The position numbers were made by a program, and so were the translations under genes. The notes under the pieces are model-generated. The model did no database searches. It was not told the origin of the DNA and saw only the letters and a list, made by a program, of their open reading frames with translations. Of a stretch of DNA of 64,000 nucleotides, positions 38,431-49,605 are shown piece after piece (the stretch's first letter is position 1; every line of letters starts with the position of its first letter). The stretch lies in the NCBI RefSeq assembly GCF_009914755.1, contig NC_060925.1; one strand, given 5' to 3'. Source of the stretch: the human T2T-CHM13v2.0 reference genome, Homo sapiens.

Positions 38431-39699
38431 GTTGGAAAATGTATGTTCGAATTCCTACTGCGACCTGGACAAATCACTTCACCTTTGTGCCTCAGTGTCT
38501 TCACTCTGAAGTGAAAACACCCATTCTTATCCTTCCAAATACAGCAGATGGTTAAGAAAGTCCAGTGAGGTATGGATCATGAAAGCATGTTATAATGAAG
38601 ATATAATGTACACAATCAGTAAACGATCATGTCCAAAACTGATAAATTTATCTTGGGTACAAGAAGAATGTTATAAAAATGCATGGGCCCTTGATCATCT
38701 TTCAGGGCTTTCTTTAGAGTAGCCTGGTTTGAAGAAGAAGGGAAATAAACTTTTATAGTACAACAGATCTCACTGGGTGCCAGGCAGTGGGTACCTGGTA
38801 TGATCCAACTTAATATTTAATACAGTTCTGCCTGATAGGCTATCTGAGTTCCCTGAGGGGAATAGCCTGGTGTTTTCAGCTTTGTAATCTCAGCATCTAG
38901 CTCAGAGTAGACATCAATATGAGTTTATTAAATTGGGCTTAATTGCATTTTTTGCTGAGGAAAAGACTCAGGGACAGTGAGCAACTTCCCTGAGGTTGCA
39001 CAGGTGGTGTTACTGTTCTGTGCCAGAGCCAGACTCAGCACACCATGCTGCAAAAGCTCTGCAGAAAACAGGCAGGCACTCATTTTGGCTTAAAGTCTCT
39101 TAAAGCTTATCATGGGCAATTGGCAACAGTCTTTGCCCATACATCTTCCTCAGAGCAGGCAGTAGGCTGTGTGCAGCTGGCACAATAGCTTCTCTTTAAT
39201 GCCCTTTGAAAGAATCCTGGAAAAGTCTTCAGTTTTAGGGGAGGGAAGGGTCCAGGAGAAAGCCTCCTCCCAAACAGGCTTGGCTTTGCGGCACCTCCCA
39301 AGTTTCGATGTGCAGTTTCAGGGTTTCACTATGGCCACTGTAGTTGCTATGGAAATAGAGCAACAAATATTTGCAGGCCGGTAACACCTTCCCCCAAGAA
39401 GCCTAGTCAAGAATGTTTGGGACAAGGCCCCTGCCCACCAGGCTGCTGTTGTTGCAGCTGAATGCTGCCTTTGTGATCAGCCTCCTGGCCTGCCACCAGG
39501 CTCCAAAGAAATGACTCGGCCCAGATCTTTCTAAATAGTGTTTGTGTTTTAGTTGTCCACAAAGGGGGTGGGGGCAGCTCGAAACAACTTTAAGGAAATC
39601 ATCTGGCCTATGGCTGATTGTCAAGACAAAAATAATGCTAAGTCTCACTTTGCAAATACCATTCAGAGAGCCGTGCCAGGTTGCTGCGGGAATGATGCA

Positions 39700-39900
39700 A
39701 GTTGCCACTCACTGAGCACCAGCATGTGTGGGGAGCTCTGTTCTTACAGGGTCCTCACAGCAGCATGGCCAGATAAGTCTGGCTATCTTACAGATGAGAA
39801 AATGAATGTTCATGGACGACACATAAGTTACTTCAGTTCATTTAACTAGTAAGTGGTGGTGCAGTGCTGAGGTTGAAATGTCTGATCGTTTTAATTACTA
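39700..39900 (-). mobile_element. MIR
   Basis: cactgagcacc...tcctcacagcagc...ttacagatgagaaaatga...ctagtaagtgg. Confidence 0.7.
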
Positions 39901-40589
39901 TCAGCATTATTGTAAAGCTCCCTAGATTTCAATCAGACAGCGACTGGCAACCTTTCAGAGCCTCTTACCTTGCACACTCTGATAAGAAAAAGAGATACAG
40001 TGAAATGGAGAAATTTGGCCCTCACTGAAAGTTAATTTTATTTGTTCATGGGAACTTGATATGCTTGCTTATCATTGCAGACCAGGCATTGTGCGATTTT
40101 ACTGGAATGGAAAGGCCCATGGCTTCCCATCTGGCTCCAGTTCTGTTTGGGAGAAAGGAGGCAGTGAAGGAAATTTGACTTAACGGCAGGTGTTACTTTG
40201 AGGGTTAGAAAGGTACCATTGTCTCCTCTGCAATAAACTGCCAGGTTTTCACCTGCTGTCAAATTGCAAATTCACTTACCATTAAAATGTTGGGTCGTGA
40301 CTTCATTAATTTAGTAAGTCTTTATTAAATGCCTACTGAGGGTCAAGCACTGGGCTGAGCACTGGGGATAGAGAAATGAATAATATTTGTTTAACAAGTA
40401 TTTATTGAGTGTCTGCTCTGTGCTAGGTACTATGTAGGCCCTGGGGGTACCTCTTATTCCATCTCCTCAAGGGAATTGCTTGTGGATAAACCAAGTAAAC
40501 GGACATTTGCCACAGAAAGGATGACTTCTTCACTTGTAAGTATAGGGTGCTAAGGGAGCACCCAGCAAGGACACTTAAATTAGTCTCAA

Positions 40590-40840
40590 CCTGCCCGGTC
40601 CAACTTGGCAGCCACCCGCGGCTAGAGAACACATGAAATGTGACTGATCTGTGTTGTCAGGATAAAACACACACTAAATTTCAAAGTCTTAGTGTGAAAA
40701 ATGGAATGTATTTATCTCATTAGTAATTTAAATTGGTTATAGGTTTAAATGATTTTGGTTATAGGTTGAAATGGCTATAGGTTGAAAAGATTTAGGATAT
40801 TTTGGGTTAAATAACATATATTATCAAAATTAATTTTTCA
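40590..40840. mobile_element. MER33 (hAT-Charlie) fragment
   Basis: tttcaaagtcttagtgtgaaaaa...tatctcattagtaat...ggatattttgggttaaataacatatattatcaaaattaattt. Confidence 0.75.
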
Positions 40841-41202
40841 TGTGTCTCATGATGCTTTGTAAAGCCACTCAGCAACTCTGTGAGGTAGATATTGTTCTCG
40901 TTGCCATTTAAGTGATACACAATGGGCTTAGAGTGGTAAATGACTTGCCCAAGTTCACATGACTTAGGAAGGGTAATTCATTTGCCCAGAATCATATAAT
41001 TGGACCTTCCTTCTGAGAAAGCCCATTGATGATTTGGTTTAGAAATTGGGCCTTTAATGGGAAGTTAGTTGTTTTCTCTCAATGTGTTTTAATGTTCTCT
41101 ATAGAGGGCCCAGGAGTATGTCAGAAATGTGAAATATATCCAGTAGTACATCAGTTTTAGAGAGCAGGGCAGATAAATTCTGAAAGCAAAGCATTCATGT
41201 CT

Positions 41203-41990
41203 GCGGTAGAGACAGGCTGGCTGTTCCCAAATAACTACTCTCCCCTTCCTCCTTAACAATACAACCCTTGATTTATTTTTTAATTTTTTAAAATTTTATT
41301 TTAGAGACAGGATGTCACTCTGTTGCCTAGGCTGGAGTGCAGTGGCATGATCATGGCTCACTGCAGCCTCAAACTCCTGGCCTCAAGCAATCCTCCTGCC
41401 TTGGTCTCTCCCAAAGTGTTGTGATTACAGGCATGAGCAACTGTACCCATCCAGAACACCTGATTTTTAGCTGGGCATGTGGATGCTGAAAATGAAATCT
41501 TGCAATGTCGGGGCTCCATTACAGCCAGGTATTGCCAGGTAACTAAGTGCTGGTTCATGAGATGTAAGCAAAAGTGGGGTTTGCAACTTCTGAGAAGTGT
41601 TCTTAAATGCCAAGGCCATACCCTTTGTCCTGCTCTTCATCCTTCTTGCTTAATGGAGCAGCCATCTTGGACCAGTTAGGATGTTGAGGATGGCAGAGCC
41701 ATATGTTGAGGATGGCACAACAACAAGTTAGAAAGAATCTGAGATTTCAGTCCAGGATTATTTCCATCTTGACTTCTGTTATTATGTGAGAGAATTAAAC
41801 ATCATGGTTATATATCACATATATTATCAAAATTAATTTTTCATATGTCTAATGATGCTATGTAAGCGACTCAGCAACCGTGAGGTTGATATTATTCTTA
41901 TTGCCATTTAAGTGATGCTATTCTTATTGACATTTAAGTGATTGTGAGTTTTCTTTCATATACAGCTGACCATAATTCTCATAATACCAT
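41203..41990 (+). mobile_element. MLT1J-type MaLR LTR with inserted Alu monomer and duplicated block
   Basis: ctccccttcctccttaac...cctgatttttagctgggca...agcagccatcttggacca...tgttgaggatggc. Confidence 0.75.
41272..41452 (-). mobile_element. AluJ-derived chimeric monomer (left-arm 5' part joined to right-arm 3' part)
   Basis: Right-arm gctcactgcagcctc runs directly into left-arm ctcccaaagtg...acaggcatgagc; TSD a(c/g)aac(c/a)c(t/c)tgattt. Confidence 0.8.
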
Positions 41991-42012
41991 GTATGAAGAT
42001 TTTCTCCAACTA

Positions 42013-44394
42013 CAGGCATGCCTAGTTTTATTGAGCTTCATTTTATTGTGCTTTGCAGATTTTTTTTTAAACAAATTGAAGGTTTTTGGCAACCCTGCGC
42101 CGAGCAGTCTATCAGTGCCATTTGTCCAATAGCATGTGCTCACTTCAGGCACGCCTCTGTGTCACATTTTGGTAATTCTCTCAATATTTCAAATGTTTTC
42201 ATTATTTTTATATCTGTTATGGTGATCTGCTATTAGTGATCTTTGATGTTACTATTGTCATTGTTTTAAGGTGTCACAAGCTGCTCCCATATAAGGTGGT
42301 GAACATAATTCACCAACCGGCTATTCCCCATCTTCCTCCCTCTCCTCGGGTCTCCCTATTGCCTAAGACACAACAATGTTGAAATTAAGCCAATTAATAA
42401 CCCTACAATGGCCTCTAAATGTTCAAGTGAAAGGAAGAGTCACATCTCTCATTTTAAATCAAAAGCTAGAAATAATAAAGCTTAATGAGGAAGGCATCTT
42501 GAAAGCTGAGATAGGCTGAAATCTAGGTCTCTTGCACCAAACAGTTTGCCAAGTTGTGAATGTGGAAGAAAAGTTCCTGAGGAAAATTAAAAGCACTATT
42601 CCAGTCAACATACAAGTCATAAGAAAGTTAAACAGCCTTATTGCTGAGATGGAGAAAGTTTTAGTGGTCTAGATAGAAGGTCAAACCAGCCACAACATTC
42701 CCTTAAGTTAAAGCCTCATCCAGAGCAAGGCCCTAACTCTCTTTCATTCTATGGAGGCTGAGAGTGAGGAAGCTGCAGAAGAAAAGTTTGAAGCTAGCAG
42801 ACATTGGTTCATGAGGTTTAAGGAAAGAAGTCTCAATCTCTTAAAGTGGAAGATGAAGTAGCAAGTGCTGATGTAGAAGCTGCAGCAAGTTATCCAGAAG
42901 ATTTAGCTAAGATCATTGATGAAAGTGGCTACACTAAACAACAGACTTTTCAATGTAAATGAAACAGCCTTCTATTGGAAGAAGATGCCATCTATGTTTC
43001 ATAGCAAAAGAGGAGAAGTCAATGCCTGGCTTCAAAGCTTCAAAGGGCAGATTGACTTTTATTAAGGGCTAATGCAGCTGGTGACTTTAAGTTGAAGCCA
43101 ATGCTCATTTACCAATTCCAAAACCCTAGGGCCCTTAAGAATTAGGCTAAATCTACTCTGCCTGTGCTCTACAAATGAAACATCAAAGCTAGATGACAGC
43201 GCATTTGTTTACAGCATGGTTTACTAAATATTTTAAGCCCACCATTGAGACCTACTGCTCAGGAAAAGATTCCTTTCAAGTTGTTACTGCTCACTGGCAA
43301 TTCGCCTGGTCACCCAAGATCTCTAATGGAGATGTACAAGAAGATAAATGTTTTCATACCTGTTAACACAACATCCATTCTGCAGGCCATGGATCAAGAA
43401 GTAATTTCAACTTTCAAGTCTTATTATTTAAGAAATACATTTCATAAGGCTATAGCTTTCATAGATAGTGATTCCTCTGATGGATCTGGGCAAAGTACAT
43501 TTAAAACACTCTGGAAAGGATTCACCATTCTTGGTGCCATTAAGAACACTTGTGATTCATGGGAGGTCAAAATATCAGCATTAATATGAGTTTGGCAGAA
43601 GTAGAATCTAACTCTGATGGATTACTTTGAGAGGTTCAAGACTTCAGTGGAGGAAATCACTGCAATGTGGCAAAAATAGCAAGAGAGCTAGAATTAGAAG
43701 TGGAGGCTGAAGATGGGACTGAATTGCTGCAATCTCATAATGAAACTTGAATGAATGAGGAGTTGCTTTTTATGGATGAGCAAAGAAAGTAGTTTCTTGA
43801 GAAGGAAACTACTCCTGGTAAAGATGCTGTTACCATTGTTGAAATGACAACAAAGGATTAGAATATTACCTAAACTTAGTTGATAAAGCAATGGAAGGAC
43901 CTGAGAGGATTAGCTCCAATTTTGAAAAGATTCTACTGTGGATAAAATGCTATGAAATAGCATCGCATGCTACAGAGAAATCTGTCATCAGAGATGGAAT
44001 GAAAGGAAACATCAGTCGATGCAGTAAACTTTACTGTTGCCTTATTTTAAGAAATTGCTGCAGCCACACCAATCTTCAACCACCACCACTAAGATGAGTC
44101 AGTAGCCATCAACATCAAGGCAAGATTCTCCACCAGCAAGATTACAACACACTGAAGGCTCAAATGATGGTTACCATTTTTTTTTGTTTTAGCAATAAAG
44201 TAGTTTTTAATTAAGGTATATACAGTGTTTTTAAAGACATAATGCTATTGAACACTTAAAAGACTATAGTATAGTATAAACATAACTTTTATATGCACTG
44301 AGAAGATAAAAATTTGTGTGACTTACTGTCTTGTGATATTCGCTTTATGGCTGTGGTCTGCAACTGAACCCACGATATGTCCGAGGTATGCCTG
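42013..44394 (+). mobile_element. Full-length Tigger1 DNA transposon (about 2.38 kb)
   Basis: ta-caggcatgcct...aggtatgcctg-ta termini; internal Tigger1 transposase sequence. Confidence 0.95.
42408..44170 (+). pseudogene. Decayed Tigger1 pogo-family transposase (HTH + DDE)
   Basis: ATG MASKCSSERKS at 42408; ORF 43245-43589 gives [14 protein letters not shown]...[26 protein letters not shown]; multiple stops and frameshifts. Confidence 0.85.
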
Positions 44395-44844
44395 TATGTC
44401 AGAAATGAGATGGTTATAATATAAAGATTCCTGGAGCCAGAAAAGCCCAAGGCTAAATTCTTTTTGGAATGTTTGATCTTCAAAAATTTTCATGAATCCA
44501 TATTTTAAATAAGCAAATTTTATTTTTGAGAAAGACATACATGCAAATAACTAAAAATACCTATTTAAACTCAAACTGTTAGATGATTAAAAAAATAAGT
44601 CTCCCTCAACCCTCCAGTCTCTATTCCTCTAAGGCCCTCCTTTGTCACCTCCCCGAAGCAGTTTCTTCTGTGTCCCTAAAGCAGTCTCAGCATAAACAAG
44701 CATATATATGTTTTAATATGTTTCTATTTTCCCTAATGAGAGCACATGATGCCAACAGGCACTCCATTTTTTGTGTTTTTCACTTAATGTTATATTTTTG
44801 AGATGATTCCATGTAGGTCTACCCCACTTTTTTTCTCATAGATT

Positions 44845-45380
44845 TTGTCAAGTTATTTAGCCTCTCTGTGCCTCTGTTTCTTCTGTAAAATGAGACTAAC
44901 AACACTTAAAAGCTATGTATGTATGTTTATGGTAACTAGCATGGACTAGCACATGGCGGTGCTTCATAACTCTCACTCTCTCGCTCTTGCTTTCTGCCTC
45001 ACAGCCCAGTCTATGTCAGACACTACATACAGAGCTACTCACTTGTCTTCAGGAAGATCACAGTAGAACTGAGTGGATGAGTCCCCTAGGAAAATACAAC
45101 ACCCAACAACATGAGTACCTCAAAGAGGTGCAAAGAACATTGGAAGTACGAACCAAAGTCATGGAGCAACTTGGAGTCAGGCACACTGGCCTTTGAATCT
45201 CAAGAGGAATGTAGGTGTGGACAAGTTAGCTCTCCTCTCTGAGTCTCAGTTACCACATCTATAAAATGGGGTAATAAATACTCATTTAGCTATAAGGCTG
45301 CTGGAAATATCAACTGAAATGAAGCATATAAAGTACTGATCATAACAATTTGCACAACAGAAATTATCAATAAACATAGC
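44845..45380 (+). mobile_element. Two MIR elements
   Basis: caagttatttagcctctctgtgcctctgtttc...ctgtaaaatg; ctctgagtctcagtt...atctataaaatggggtaataa. Confidence 0.75.
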
Positions 45381-45399
45381 TGGCATTATCCCAGTGTTT

Positions 45400-45900
45400 G
45401 GGCTGAGGAGATCTGGGAGGGCTTCCTGAATAAGGCGGATTTTAAGCTCAGATCCGAAGAATGGATAAGACATGGGAAGGACATTCCAGATGAAAGTGAG
45501 TTAGTATATTAGCAAGGGCAAGGAGAAGGGAAAGTAAAGGGCAACTCTGTAGAATGGCAACACACAGACTGATCTAAAATGAAGGATTCAAGGGTGTACA
45601 GAGGAAAAAAACAGGAAAAGTAGGCTGAGGCTTCAGCAAGAGGACCTTGAGTGCTGAGCCAGGGGTTTAGATTTTATTTTCCAGGTAGTAGGGAGCCAGT
45701 CAAGAATTTCTGAACATAAGTACATGATATTCATAATGTGTGGTTATGGCAAATCACTTAACTTCTTTGAAAAGAAGGTTGATAGAGTGGAGGCTAGGAG
45801 TCCAGGCAGAACAAAAGATGATTGGAGTCAATGCTGAGGACGTGACATTGGGGATGGAGAAGGGGCACCTCTGAGTCAGAGCCCACCAGTCACAGTGACG
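45400..45900 (-). mobile_element. L2 fragment
   Basis: gggagggcttcctgaa...ggaaggacattccag...gaggaccttgagtgc...gtagtagggagcca. Confidence 0.65.
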
Positions 45901-47909
45901 GGATAGGTGTTGCTCTTTAGACGCTCTTGTGGGAGATGGGTGTGGATCTGGTGTGACATCCTTGTCCCCGCCCCATCTTCACCCCATGAAGGATTTCCCA
46001 GGTGGTGTGCTCAGCTGGACTGAGGGATCCCTGGGCACACCCACCTGGCAGGGCAGCCCTGCTCCCTCCTCAGGTCTGAAGTTCACCTCAGCCCATGACT
46101 CAGTGTGAAGGCTGATGGCTGGGTTCAGTGACCCCCAGGGAAAGCTGAGTCATGTCCAGGAAAGCAATGTCATCCCACCCGAACCAGAGTGGCCTGTGTT
46201 GTGAAATCTAGCAGAAAGGTCATCACCACAGGTTCCAAGATGCCTGGCTTAGCCACTGATTGCCAGGCCACTCACTGAACTCTGTATTCAGTTTTTCCTC
46301 CATCTATAGGATGGTGTATCTCTCTGGGGTCTTGGGGGATAAAATTAGATAATAAGTCATTTTATCTGTTTACTCAACAGATGTTGACTGGGCACCAGTT
46401 CTATGCCAGTGTGCTGGGGACAGAGGAATGAATAAGACATAGGCTTAGAAGACATCCCCTTCAAGGGGATGAAGTTCTAATGGGGAAACAGATAAGTAAA
46501 TAGAAGCACTAGCACAGAACTAAACTTTCCGACATGTAGTTGCACACTCACTAACTCACTTAAGTCATCTCACATGGGGTAGTAACCAATTTCATTCATT
46601 TGACACACAAGGAAACTGAGGGCCAAACTGGCAAAGCGATTTGCCCTTCCTGGTGTTCCATAACCCTTCAGACATAATTTCATCACAGCCCTTAGCGCTC
46701 TTTCTCTGGGATAGAAGTTCAAATGTTTATTTCCCCCATTAAAGTTTAAATTCCCTGCAGGCAGGTCTAGCTTCTTTTAATCTGTTGACCACCAGCATCT
46801 AGCCCAAGCTTGGCACACGGTTATGGAAGGTGTGGTGGGGGGAATGGAGCTAGAAGTTGTGGAGCATCAACCACATGCTGGGCTTCGCTGGGCACTTCAC
46901 ATTTGCTGTTGGTTAATCTACTACAAAAACTTGGTATGGTGGGTATTATTATCTCTGTTTTATAGGAAATATGCCAGAGGCTGAGATGAGTGATGGGATT
47001 TGCCCAAGGTCACACTGAGCGTAATCTGAGAAGCTCCCAACTCAGAAATGGCCCAGAAGCTGGTGTGTGTGCTGCGGGTGGGGGATGAAGTGGGTGGGAG
47101 CTCAGCCGTCCAAATGCAGAGCCAGAACGAGTCTCCTGTAAAGTGTTCAGCTGGTCCACTGGAGCATCTTTACCCACAGAGCCTGATCCTGTGCTCAGGC
47201 TTTTATTAGCATCTGTGTTCTTTCCGCCACAGCGCCCAGCTGCCCCGGCAGCCTCTTGGTGAACACTTGCTGAATAAATGCTTCACCAGGAGAACAAAGA
47301 CGTGAAGAAACAATCACAATATGTGCCAAGGCACGAGGCTAAGCCATTTATTTATCCTTTTTCTTTTCATTCTCTCAACATCACGATGAAGTTAAGTACC
47401 ATGAAGACCCCAGTTTTACAGGAAAAAAAAATGGAGGTTTAAAAATGTAGAGACTTCCTACAAAGCTGGAAAGTGGCTTTGAAGCCAGGCTTATGTGGCT
47501 CCAAAGCCTGAACTGCAAACCACTACTTGAAAATGAATGCGTGTGTGGATGAATTGCAGCTCCCAAACTCTTCTGAAGCCTCAGTCAAGGCCACAGTGGC
47601 ATTTGCTCCCTGGGCAGGGTGTTTTCCAGGGACTTATGGATCAGGTCTGACTCTTTCCAAAAGGCCCTCTGACTGCCAGCCCTCCCAGAGGGGTCAGAGA
47701 GCATTTCCCAGCTTCCCACTGGGCCTGCCTATCTTTGGGAGCTTTGAAGTCCTACATTTAGAGGACATGGATCAGCCCCAAACCTAAGAGCTCCCCCAAG
47801 GTAACTGCCAAGGGAATCCCTCAGGAATCCCGCTTAATGCAACCAAGAGAGGCCTTTAGAAATCAGGCCAAGTAGAGGAAAGAACAATGGACAGGAAATT
47901 GGGACATGA

Positions 47910-48350
47910 GAGAGTCGTGAGTCAGCAGCGTGGTGAGAGCTGCCAAGATTGCTGATGTGAACTCTGGTTGTATCACGAGGAGCATAATGTGTTGAATAAC
48001 TAAGGTGATATTGCACTTCCTCTGTGGTAGAGCTGGAGCTGGAATGTGGGGTGAAGGTCTGGTTCCACATTTTCACGTAGTCATAGTCAAACCGGAACTT
48101 ATCCAATAGAGCAGAACCGGAACACTGAAGGGAACGGTACTATCATCTTTGCCAAGGCGGAAGGACTTGTATTTCTTTTCCTGAAGAAGAAAAGAAGCAA
48201 ACATGTTGGGAGGATAGGCTTTGGGTATTTCAGAGATTTCCCTATGAACAAGGCAGTAGACTTCTTCTGTCTGATCCTAAGGGGAACCTAGGACTCAAGT
48301 GAGGAAATAATAGGAAGCAAGATTCAGACGCGAACTGAATCAACAATGCC
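47910..48350 (+). mobile_element. L3/CR1 3' region
   Basis: tgagtcagcagcgtg...gctgccaag...ccacatttt...cctgaagaagaaaaga...tagacttcttctgt...agattcag follows L3 order. Confidence 0.7.
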
Positions 48351-48569
48351 TTTGTTCTAGTCAAAAAGATAGCCAAAGAAGGAAATATTTTTGAAGAAAG
48401 AAGAAAAAAAGCAAAACACTCAATGAACCTCCTCTCTCCCCTCTATGTGACCCTAAGCAAGTAACGTAATCTTCCTGAGGCTCAGTTCCTTATCTGAAAG
48501 TGGCAGGTGGTGTTACATGAGACTAACAATGTGCAGACTGAACGCAGTGTGGAGAGACGGCTGTGCACA

Positions 48570-48750
48570 TGGCCCTGCGACTCTGGCTGCTGCAATTTAA
48601 ACCTTAGCTTAGGGTGACCTTGGAAATTTGTTTTTACTTTGCAGTGCCTCAGCTTCCTCATCTGTAAAATGGGGATAATATATGTAAAGCAATCAAAAGG
48701 GTACCTGTCACACAGTGGGCACTCAACTTTCTTGTTAGCCAGCATCATCA
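48570..48750 (+). mobile_element. MIR
   Basis: gtgcctcagcttcctcatctgtaaaatggggataata. Confidence 0.85.
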
Positions 48751-49499
48751 TCATTGCCACTCTTTATATATGAAAGGGACTGTCACAGTATCTAAAATAT
48801 AATAGGTGTTCAGAGAATGTTTTCCTTTTCCCATTCTCCTTTAGGGGACTCTTCCAGGGTGTCTCTGGGATACCAAGTTCTTCTCATCTCCAGATGTCTG
48901 GAAAATGTCTCTAAATAAAACATCTTTTTGCTTATATTCTAAGGCAGCTATCTGCCTCTATCTAAATACTCTTTTAGTGAAGAAAGGGGCAGAGCAAGGA
49001 GAGTCAATCTACTTGTAGAAGTTTCTCATTCTGAACAGTGTACTTTACAGATTCCAAAGTGTTTCTCCCTCCATTACCTCTTTACCCCTTACTAGAGCAA
49101 GCCCAGATGTGAGAACTGAGGCTCCGAGAGGTTCAGTGACTTACCTGGAGCCATTAACATCTGAGTGAGTGAGCCAGGAATTGAACCCAAGGCTTTCAGA
49201 CTCTGGACACCTACCTTTACAGGAGGCATTGGCCAGCCTCTTCCCCTCACACACACATCCTCTCACCCTGGGGTTCTGCTTAGGAAGCATAAGAAAGGCA
49301 GTGAGCCAGGCTCCAACCTTGAAGCCAAATCCTTGCAGTAATAGAGAGGACTAAGGGCTAGAGAGAGGAGCCAGGAACCGTGGATCTCTGCCGTGAATCC
49401 GAGCCCTTAGAGCTGGAGACCTCACTTGGACCAGTCTTCTGTTTTCAGTAGCTGTAGTGAGTGAGATCAAGAACTAATGTCAAGAGCCCAGAGCCCCTA

Positions 49500-49605
49500 C
49501 CAGCATTGCATGATAGGATTTTCTGTGATAATGCTGTATCTGTGTTGTACAATACAGTAGCCACTAGCCACATGTGCTATTGAGCACTTGGAATATGCTC
49601 AGTCA
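49500..49605. mobile_element. MER3-type hAT-Charlie fragment
   Basis: caatacagtagccactagccacatgtgctattgagcacttggaat. Confidence 0.75.

Noticed and set aside
43245-43589. 114-aa DDE-like ORF resembling TIGD1
   Set aside because: A fragment of the disrupted Tigger1 transposase, not an intact gene.
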